A stretch of DNA of 31,982 bases from a virus, in IMG/VR virus record IMGVR_UViG_3300012013_000098, positions 1 to 31,982 of that record; one strand, 5' to 3'. Position numbers and translations under genes: made by a program. Shown here in pieces: positions 1 to 6,141 of the stretch. Under the pieces are notes generated by a model. It saw only the letters and a list, made by a program, of their open reading frames with translations. It was not told where the DNA came from and ran no database searches. The number at the start of each line of letters is the position of its first letter. The stretch's first letter is position 1.

Positions 1-55
1 CGATAATGTCCTGGAAGGTATATTTACCTTTTTCCGGGTGGATAGAAGTATACCA
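1..55. repeat. 55-bp terminal direct repeat identical to 31928-31982 (circular-contig assembly overlap)
   Basis: Base-by-base identity between window start and end. The length equals a commonly used de Bruijn k-mer (55). Confidence 0.9.
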
Positions 56-214
56 TGAATCACACCAGCCGCCTTCTCCGAACCAGCATCTGTGGGTGCA
101 GCCGGTTGTTCTTACGGCTATAGTTGGGCGCCCTTGTCTCGAACCCTCCGATTGTATACACGGATACAATTCAATTAAGGGAAGTCGTTTAGTGTAATCT
201 TTAAGCCTGTTCAC
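1..214 (-). CDS. queE: 7-carboxy-7-deazaguanine synthase QueE, N-terminal part (continues across the circular junction into 31371-31982)
   Basis: Manual minus-strand translation from GTG at 214 gives (M)[71 protein letters not shown]. This joins in frame to MYDAHPH of ORF 31371-31925. It has a QueE-like IQSEG motif and a radical-SAM Cys cluster. Confidence 0.8.
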   Translation of the reverse strand, partial: MNRLKDYTKRLPLIELYPCIQSEGSRQGRPTIAVRTTGCTHRCWFGEGGWCDSWYTSIHPEKGKYTFQDII

Positions 215-611
215 GGGGTCTATAAATTACTTTAGACGACTTTGTTTCTGCTAGGGAAATTTGTGTTAGAGGTAAGTCGGTCTCGTTAACAATTCTAGTT
301 GCTAACCACACACATAGATTTTCCGCCGAAGTTATAAAGGGTAATTTTTTATATTCCTCCCCCATCATGTCCAGAACTGGGACGAGTGGGTCTTCTTCCC
401 AGAGTAAGAAGTAGTGACAATAACCTTTTAAGATGGGTTCTACTAGGGCGTCTATGTCTGAAAAGAGACATGTAATTGAATTGGTCTTTGATTGGAAATT
501 GAAATCGCATTCTATTTCGTAAGTGTGTCCGTGAATTCTCCCGCATTTTTCCCCACCTTCCGGATTACGGTGGGCTGCATAAAAGTGGTATTTTTTGTTA
601 ATTATAAACAT
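201..611 (-). CDS. queD: 6-carboxy-5,6,7,8-tetrahydropterin synthase (QueD, PTPS T-fold)
   Basis: 136 aa. FYAAHRNPEGGEKCGRIHGHTYEIE matches the QueD AAH...KCGR-x-HGH-x-Y signature. The 3' end overlaps the queE start by 14 nt. Confidence 0.85.
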   Translation of the reverse strand: MFIINKKYHFYAAHRNPEGGEKCGRIHGHTYEIECDFNFQSKTNSITCLFSDIDALVEPILKGYCHYFLLWEEDPLVPVLDMMGEEYKKLPFITSAENLCVWLATRIVNETDLPLTQISLAETKSSKVIYRPREQA

Positions 612-614
612 AAC

Positions 615-1769
615 TTAGTTGGTTAATAATTTAGTAATGTATTCTTGCTCGTGCCAGACATTTAGTTCCGGCCCGGTATAGTCGGTGCAGACAATAAAGG
701 CTTCTAACCTTCTGCCTAGGTCGGCCCGTTGGGCTAACCCTTTATCTAGAATTTTATAATTGTCGGTTGCCTGGTTTAAAACGAAACCGGCCGAAGCAGC
801 ATCGAATGCATAATACTTAAATGTAATATCGTGCATCTCGGTAAAGCATCTAAAGTCTGGGTAAACTAAACAACAACCTAAAGCGTTTGCCTCTAGTGCT
901 GTCCAACTAACATAGTCCTGAAGGGAACAGTTAAATTGTATCTTAGAAGACTTTAACTCGTAGTAGTAATCTTCTTTAGTTAAGTTGGTTAGAATAGTAA
1001 ACCGGGGTTCTTGTTCTGCTAGTGCATAGAAGTCTTCCATAACCCCTTTTAAGTTGCTTCTAATGCTAGTTCCGGAAGTTGTAATCGTAAAGGTCCAGTC
1101 TTTATTTTCATCTAAGAAGTTTTTAATAACCTTCATTAAGAAGTAGGGGTTCTTTTCTTTATCGAACCGGCTAGTAAAGATAACGTTATTTTTTCTAGCC
1201 ACTTTATCCGGCGCGGTATCTAGAACATCTTGTAAGTGCAGAGGTAAAGACACAACGTGAATTGGTGCTTCGAACCCGGCCTGTCTTAACTGCTCTTTAT
1301 GAATAGTACTCCCAACAAATATTCCAGACATTCTTTTATCAATACCTAGCTCAAAAGATCTCATCCAGGACTTCATTGCAGAAGTAAAGTCGTATTCATC
1401 TACAGATTGGGCGTGCAACATAGAAAAGACTTTTACCCTTTTCAAATTGTATAAGTCTAAAGCATAGAAGACTGATTCAATACCCGGCGTCCAGAAGTCC
1501 TGTAAGAAGATAACATCTCCATCTTTTACTGCGCCGGTGTTTATTGCGTCCAGAAGTAAAGCACACTGGTCCATAGCCCATTTACCCCTACCAACAGCAT
1601 CTAGAACTACACCAACGTTAATGTTATCCCCACTCTGAATTGGCTTTAAATTAACAAAGTTGTATTCGTGGCTATATTCTGCAAATGCTTCCGGCATCCA
1701 GATGTTGGACAGCTGGTAAGTGTATCTTTCTTTTAACGGCTCTAGGCCGAAGTACCAAATTGTTTTCAT
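615..1769 (-). CDS. GT-B fold glycosyltransferase-like protein (GT4-like C-terminal half)
   Basis: 384 aa. VIFTSRFDKEKNPYFLMKV and DYVSWTALEANALGCCLVYP (a D-x7-E variant of the EX7E motif) resemble retaining GT-B enzymes. ATGA overlap with the methyltransferase stop and a 3-nt gap to queD. Confidence 0.5.
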   Translation of the reverse strand: MKTIWYFGLEPLKERYTYQLSNIWMPEAFAEYSHEYNFVNLKPIQSGDNINVGVVLDAVGRGKWAMDQCALLLDAINTGAVKDGDVIFLQDFWTPGIESVFYALDLYNLKRVKVFSMLHAQSVDEYDFTSAMKSWMRSFELGIDKRMSGIFVGSTIHKEQLRQAGFEAPIHVVSLPLHLQDVLDTAPDKVARKNNVIFTSRFDKEKNPYFLMKVIKNFLDENKDWTFTITTSGTSIRSNLKGVMEDFYALAEQEPRFTILTNLTKEDYYYELKSSKIQFNCSLQDYVSWTALEANALGCCLVYPDFRCFTEMHDITFKYYAFDAASAGFVLNQATDNYKILDKGLAQRADLGRRLEAFIVCTDYTGPELNVWHEQEYITKLLTN

Positions 1770-2356
1770 TTTATTATTGCCCAGGAACTATCTACAAAAG
1801 TTAAGTGGGGTAAACCAACAACCTCATTTACCGCCCGGCTAACCTCTAACCTTAATTTATGATTCTTATCGAAGTCGATAATTTCTTCTCTCTGCTTATC
1901 TGTATACTCGATTAGGTAATCGTGGCCGGATATAACCCCGCCTTGTTTTACCTTAGGGGTAAACAATTCCAGGTCTAATTTTACCTGCTCGTAAGTGTGA
2001 AGTCCATCAACATAAAGACAGTCAAAGTAATCATCTTTAAATAAGTCCACTATGTCCTGGCTATAGTACTTACACTTTACTAAATTTCTAACGGCTAGGG
2101 TTTCGTTATTGAATGCTTCTTCTACTAGAGATAAGTCGGTTTCGTTTATTAAGTCGTTATCATCTATCAATTCGTCCCACGGGTCAATTGCAACAATCAT
2201 AACATCTTCACCTAGAACTTCTTTCATCATTCTAATACTTTCTCCGGCGTAAGAACCTATTTCTAAAATCTTCTTTACGTTGTTCTGCTTTAAGAAGTCG
2301 CAGTAGTCTAAAAATCCTTCCCATAAGAAAGAACCTTCTGGTCTCATTTCAATCAT
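1766..2356 (-). CDS. Class I SAM-dependent methyltransferase (Methyltransf_24 / TylF-CmcI-like O-methyltransferase family)
   Basis: 196 aa. Motif I is ILEIGSYAGES, and YVDGLHTYEQVKLDLELFTPKVKQGGVISGHDY is typical of this family. ATGA overlaps on both sides. Confidence 0.7.
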   Translation of the reverse strand: MIEMRPEGSFLWEGFLDYCDFLKQNNVKKILEIGSYAGESIRMMKEVLGEDVMIVAIDPWDELIDDNDLINETDLSLVEEAFNNETLAVRNLVKCKYYSQDIVDLFKDDYFDCLYVDGLHTYEQVKLDLELFTPKVKQGGVISGHDYLIEYTDKQREEIIDFDKNHKLRLEVSRAVNEVVGLPHLTFVDSSWAIIK

Positions 2357-2766
2357 AAGATATCGTCTTTATAGTCGTTAGGTTGAACTGCTAGCCCATT
2401 GTATTTAGTAAAGCAAATTACGTGATAAGGTTCTGTCTTATCTATAAAAACACTATCAGTCGGTTTTAGATTAAAGATGTTATCATCGACAACTCTATAA
2501 ATTAGATGGGTTCTAACTTTAATGTTGGGGGTAAGTAAATGATAATTTTTATTATTACATTCAACAGAAATCATATAGTTGGAATTAATACACAGATCTT
2601 CTATTTGTTCAACCCCGCCTTTTGTTTCTAAAAACTCTTTTGTAAAGTAAAGATGCTTTACCTTTACCGGGTCTATCTCACCAATTTCATATCTAATGAA
2701 CTTAGTTTCAATTCCGTAAAGTCTACCCTCTACTTCTTTTCCGTACCAGTTATTTTTCTTTTGCAT
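2353..2766 (-). CDS. Hypothetical protein (137 aa) inside the modification operon
   Basis: I prefer the ATG at 2766 (MQKKNNWYGKEVEG...), because the track start at 2817 would overlap the upstream gene by 49 nt. ATGA overlap with the methyltransferase start. No family recognised by eye. Confidence 0.5.
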   Translation of the reverse strand: MQKKNNWYGKEVEGRLYGIETKFIRYEIGEIDPVKVKHLYFTKEFLETKGGVEQIEDLCINSNYMISVECNNKNYHLLTPNIKVRTHLIYRVVDDNIFNLKPTDSVFIDKTEPYHVICFTKYNGLAVQPNDYKDDIL

Positions 2767-2768
2767 TA

Positions 2769-3101
2769 TTATTTTATTAGGTAAGCACCGTTCTCGTTGT
2801 CCTCTAGAACTTCGCACGCTGCTAAATTAAATTTATCAATTAACATCTCGGCTATCATTTCACAGGACTTAGGACCGAAATCAATTCCTCTTGGTGTTGA
2901 CCAATTTAATAACCAGGCTTGCATTTCCCTTTTTAGAACAATAAATTCGATATCTCTATCTGCGTGGGAAACTTCTTTCCAGGCTTTAATCCAGAAGACG
3001 TGTCTGTGTGGGTAATTTAAAAAGTCTACTTCTGGAATATCGCATCCGGGCCAGTGGTGTAAGCCTTCTACTTGAAGGGTAATAACTATTTGTTGTCTCA
3101 T
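2769..3101 (-). CDS. Second PTPS/QueD-like T-fold protein (paralog, function unknown)
   Basis: 110 aa from ATG 3101 (MRQQIVITLQVEGLHHWPG...YPHRHVFWIKAW). The H...HRH pattern parallels AAH...HGH of QueD. ATGA overlap with the dpdA stop (3098-3101). Confidence 0.45.
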   Translation of the reverse strand: MRQQIVITLQVEGLHHWPGCDIPEVDFLNYPHRHVFWIKAWKEVSHADRDIEFIVLKREMQAWLLNWSTPRGIDFGPKSCEMIAEMLIDKFNLAACEVLEDNENGAYLIK

Positions 3102-3997
3102 CTTAACGGGTTTGTTTTCCAATCTAATTTTCCAGCCTCGTACTGTTCCTGAATTCCTGCAACTAATCTAAGTTGACTCTCTGCACCTATAGCCATAAAT
3201 ACCCTTAACCCGTTATTGTAAGAATACTTCTGGTATTCTAAAAAGGCTAGGGTAGACATATAGGCATTTAACCCCTTCATCCCCGACCTATAATTTCTAA
3301 AGTCCAGGGCTTCTTTGGGCGAGGCCTTCACCTTTTCGAAGGCCTCTATTAACCCCGGAGGTAATTTAAGCTTCTTACCGGACACTAGGGCTTTATTGTC
3401 TATTGTCTTTAGACCAACGCCGGGTTCGAACCAGGGAATAAGTCCATACACAACTGAATGTCCCCAGGAAGCAGAGTCGACTGAATGAAGGGGAAGTTGA
3501 TACATTTCCGGCCACTTAACGAAACCTAGCCCGTGGGTTTTGCAGGGGTTATTTTTATAAACCCGTTGGTATCTCTGTTGCATCCATTCTGCTTTAGAAA
3601 TTGTTCCGCCTGCAACACACACGTGTTCATTTTTATTTGTAGCATCTTTTAGATAAGCCCAGTCGTTATCTAATCTAGTAAAGACAAACATAGGATTAAA
3701 TCCCCGGGCGAGCATTGTTTCATAATTGTATTTAGTTTCCTTATCGTTGTTAATAACATCCAGCATAACATACTTTTCTGTATAAGGAGCCCATTGCTCT
3801 AAATAAGTACAATACCCATTTAAATCTAATCCTTTCCCCCCGGTCTTAGCGTTGAAAATTGTATAGGCCCCTGAGTCGATCATAGTGTTAGCTTGACCCG
3901 ACATCGATATAGACTTAAACAATTTAGAAAACTCTTCGTCTCTACTTAGATAAGCATACGAACAGAGCACATTGAAATAAGTGTTATTGGAAATCAC
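3098..3997 (-). CDS. dpdA: DpdA-like DNA guanine transglycosylase (TGT superfamily)
   Basis: 299 aa with a GTG start. Blocks MIDSGAYTIF (catalytic-Asp DSGA motif), YVMLDV, VCVAGG, THGLGF and SVDSASW are as in phage DpdA. Embedded among queD, queE and folE. Confidence 0.7.
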   Translation of the reverse strand: MISNNTYFNVLCSYAYLSRDEEFSKLFKSISMSGQANTMIDSGAYTIFNAKTGGKGLDLNGYCTYLEQWAPYTEKYVMLDVINNDKETKYNYETMLARGFNPMFVFTRLDNDWAYLKDATNKNEHVCVAGGTISKAEWMQQRYQRVYKNNPCKTHGLGFVKWPEMYQLPLHSVDSASWGHSVVYGLIPWFEPGVGLKTIDNKALVSGKKLKLPPGLIEAFEKVKASPKEALDFRNYRSGMKGLNAYMSTLAFLEYQKYSYNNGLRVFMAIGAESQLRLVAGIQEQYEAGKLDWKTNPLR

Positions 3998-4523
3998 AGT
4001 CTGGATATTTTTCAGTTAAGAATTCCATAATCACCCCTTTTATTTCGTCCATCTGATCTTTATAAGTTTCCGACACTACAATCTTTATAGTTAGATGCTT
4101 GTCGCCGCCTGGAAGGGGCATATCTAAATCCTCCATAATCTCTTCTAAGTTGTCCCAGTCGTGTTTAATTACTTTTAGACCCCAGTCTTCTAACAAATCG
4201 ATATTCCAATCTTCTTGCAGGACTTTCCAGTCCCATTCTCCGAATGAAGAGTTGTCTTTAATAACGAACTCTTTCTTTTGATCTTCTGTTAACCCAGTTG
4301 CTCTTTGAATTGAAATTGTTTTAAGTCCTGCTTCTTTCGCAGCCTTTAATCTCATGTTCCCACCCAGGACTACTAAATCTTCGTCCACCACTAAAGGTCT
4401 TAAATTTAACATCTCTGGAAAGTCCTTTATCGACTTAACCAGTTTTTTAAATTGTTCAGGATTAATGAACCTCGGGTTTTCTGGGTTCTCCTTAACTTTT
4501 TCAATATTGATTATTTCTATCAC
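3984..4523 (-). CDS. ParB N-terminal (ParB/Srx-like) domain protein
   Basis: 179 aa with a GTG start that sits 3 nt after a TATAG box. ENPRFINPEQFKKLVKSIKDF...LRPLVV...VVLGGNMRLKAAKEAG matches the ParB-like nuclease/NTPase domain. 14-nt overlap with dpdA. Confidence 0.7.
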   Translation of the reverse strand: MIEIINIEKVKENPENPRFINPEQFKKLVKSIKDFPEMLNLRPLVVDEDLVVLGGNMRLKAAKEAGLKTISIQRATGLTEDQKKEFVIKDNSSFGEWDWKVLQEDWNIDLLEDWGLKVIKHDWDNLEEIMEDLDMPLPGGDKHLTIKIVVSETYKDQMDEIKGVIMEFLTEKYPDCDFQ

Positions 4524-4526
4524 CTT

Positions 4527-4540
4527 CTATATATCAATTT
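4527..4540 (-). promoter_or_regulatory. Start-proximal box TTGATATATAG-N3-GTG (class B motif)
   Basis: Minus strand reads AAATTGATATATAGAAG then GTG. The TATAG-N3-start geometry is the same as at 6699, 7451, 9573 and 9513. Confidence 0.45.
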
Positions 4541-4562
4541 CTGTTTTCATCTAAAATTTAGA

Positions 4563-4582
4563 CTTTTTAGTCCTTTTTAGTC
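4563..4582. repeat. Tandem 10-bp direct repeat CTTTTTAGTC x2
   Basis: Read directly: 4563-4572 and 4573-4582 are identical. Confidence 0.85.
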
Positions 4583-4606
4583 TTACCCTCTTGATATTAT
4601 CAGATT

Positions 4607-4635
4607 TAATTAAATAACTAATCGTTATTTAATTA
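4607..4635. repeat. Perfect 12-bp inverted repeat TAATTAAATAAC-N5-GTTATTTAATTA
   Basis: Read directly. Arms at 4607-4618 and 4624-4635. Confidence 0.85.
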
Positions 4636-4649
4636 TAACCCAACTTATT

Positions 4650-4672
4650 AATAAACGGATAAACCGTTTATT
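4650..4672. repeat. Perfect 9-bp inverted repeat AATAAACGG-N5-CCGTTTATT
   Basis: Read directly. A third copy, AACCGTTTATT, lies at 4818-4828. Confidence 0.85.
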
Positions 4673-4888
4673 TTCCGTTCCGATAATTATTTTAATTATC
4701 TTTACCTTATTTTATAATCAAAGGCGGGGCCTCACGAATTTAATTTTACTCTACAAGTTTAATAGTGCCAATCTGAACTGCAAGATAACGTCCCGCCGGG
4801 CAAAATTCGTAAAAAGTAACCGTTTATTATCGATTCAGATGGGGCTTTAGATACTCAACCGGTACTATCCTGTCGTAATTCTCCTACC

Positions 4889-4903
4889 GTTTCCGGGTTT
4901 CCG
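4889..4903. repeat. Short iteron-like repeat GTTTCCG x2 (8-bp period)
   Basis: Copies at 4889-4895 and 4897-4903. A related GTTTCCCG lies at 4932-4939. Confidence 0.6.
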
Positions 4904-4963
4904 TCTTGATTTACTTCTACAGTTTAAGAAGGTTTCCCGATTCGAGGGTCGATTAATTTAAAT

Positions 4964-4995
4964 ATTATATAGCCATCAGGAAGAAGTATTTCCCT
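4964..4995 (-). promoter_or_regulatory. Class A promoter candidate AGGGAAATACTT-N14-TATAAT
   Basis: Minus strand reads AGGGAAATACTTCTTCCTGATGGCTATATAATATT. It shares the 12-mer AGGGAAATACTT and identical spacing to TATAAT with 28805-28836. It fires into the 430-nt untranslated region upstream of the ParB-like gene. Confidence 0.5.
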
Positions 4996-5011
4996 ATGTC
5001 CAGAACTTTTT

Positions 5012-5215
5012 TTAAATTATTTCCTGGGCTAACTTCTTTACCCGATTAACCACTGCTCTCCGGCAAGAACCGCAGCCGGTATCCCTTCTATTTTCCCCGG
5101 TGGATAAGTTAAAGATTTTATAAATAACCGCCATCTCCTCGGGCTGCCAGACTTTTTTATTCAACACAAACCACTCTCTGTGTTCTGTTAATAAAATCTT
5201 TGCCTCTTCGTTCAT
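5012..5215 (-). CDS. Hypothetical protein (67 aa)
   Basis: ORF with an ATG start, tightly packed after the upstream gene. No family recognised. Confidence 0.5.
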   Translation of the reverse strand: MNEEAKILLTEHREWFVLNKKVWQPEEMAVIYKIFNLSTGENRRDTGCGSCRRAVVNRVKKLAQEII

Positions 5216-5226
5216 CTTAGTATTCG

Positions 5227-5628
5227 TTAATCCACTTGTCCGTCTGTATCGACATCAGCGATGCTGTCCCCGCCGTTAGCAGGCTCGGAAGTATTCCCGT
5301 CTTCCATAAAAGCAAGGTTATCAATAAGGTCGTCCAGAACGTCAGACACTGGGGACAATCCAAGGGTTTCGTCCTCGTTAACTTCGTCCTCGTTAAAAAC
5401 CATCGATACGGCTGGCTGCTCTGGATTACCGGAATTGTCGCCGCAAGAAGAACAGCCTGTAGTAGTGCTGTGATCAGTTGTAAAAAATTCATCTATAATT
5501 TGTATTTTCGTTTTAGGAGATATTTGTAATCTCTCTCTTTGTCTCATAACATCTTTTTCTAAAGATGCTTCGGGGGTAATAAAGAAAATTCCCGTTCCTT
5601 TAAACTGCCATTTAATCTGTTTTATCAT
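5227..5628 (-). CDS. Hypothetical protein with a strongly acidic C-terminal tail
   Basis: 133 aa. The tail NEDEVNEDETLGLSPVSDVLDDLIDNLAFMEDG...DSIADVDTDGQVD contains a 15-bp-period repeat (TCGTCCTCGTTAA at 5369-5381 and 5384-5396). The start overlaps the sigma-like gene's end by 17 nt. Confidence 0.55.
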   Translation of the reverse strand: MIKQIKWQFKGTGIFFITPEASLEKDVMRQRERLQISPKTKIQIIDEFFTTDHSTTTGCSSCGDNSGNPEQPAVSMVFNEDEVNEDETLGLSPVSDVLDDLIDNLAFMEDGNTSEPANGGDSIADVDTDGQVD

Positions 5629-6115
5629 TATCTGTATTTTTTTTATTTTCTAGAACCAGGGCCATAATATGTCGTCTGATCCTATTGATTGTGAGAGAGA
5701 CTGATGTCCTCGGTATTTGAGTTGCCCTAGCCAACGAAGAAACCGTGTGGTTCTCGTTAACGAAGGTGTCGAACAGCATTCGGTCATACCAGGAAAGTTT
5801 GGCGAGTTCTTCTCTAACTTTGTCTGCTTTTTCCATATAGCTAGGATCTTCATCATAAACTGTGTCTTCGAATTCGCCGGTAAATTCCACATCTTCTTTT
5901 CTATAAGTATGAAAGAACTCTGAGGTGGTAGATTTCCATTGGTTCATCATAATACGAACGATAAAAAAGCGGGCGCCCCCCGACAAGATTATTGCTTTGC
6001 AGTCTTTCCTGCGAAGAAATTCGTCTAGACAGTAGTGGAGTAGTTCGTCTGCTAAAGGGGAATTTTGGGATATTCTTAAAGCTGCTTCGTTTAAGTTTCC
6101 GTAATTCTCTTTCAT
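5612..6115 (-). CDS. Sigma-70/ECF-like RNA polymerase sigma factor candidate
   Basis: Region-2-like PLADELLHYCLDEFLRR...ARFFIVRIMMNQW and region-4-like LSWYDRMLFDTFVNENHTVSSLARATQIPRTSVSLTINRIRRHI. I prefer ATG 6115 (MKENYG) because the track start at 6187 is a GTG that overlaps the upstream gene by 46 nt. Confidence 0.55.
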   Translation of the reverse strand: MKENYGNLNEAALRISQNSPLADELLHYCLDEFLRRKDCKAIILSGGARFFIVRIMMNQWKSTTSEFFHTYRKEDVEFTGEFEDTVYDEDPSYMEKADKVREELAKLSWYDRMLFDTFVNENHTVSSLARATQIPRTSVSLTINRIRRHIMALVLENKKNTDNDKTD

Positions 6116-6141
6116 AAATTGTTCTACTTCCACGTTCCACT

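Noticed and set aside
6-197. Plus-strand 63-aa ORF at the window start
   Set aside because: It lies antisense to the well-supported N-terminal coding region of queE (radical-SAM motif readable on the minus strand). It has no motif support.
4930-4952. tRNA-like T-loop sequence (TCGAATC flanked by CCC/GGG on the minus strand)
   Set aside because: Only a 3-bp stem can form. I could build no acceptor, D or anticodon arms around it.
5217-5492. Alternative-frame 91-aa ORF with two hydrophobic segments and a TRTKLTRTK loop, tempting as a hidden holin because no lysis genes are seen
   Set aside because: It lies entirely inside the acidic-tail ORF. Its basic loop is just the frame-shifted reading of the NEDEVNEDET repeat. 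It also uses ACG and AGG codons repeatedly, which look atypical for this AT-rich genome. This remains a weak possibility, testable by ribosome profiling.
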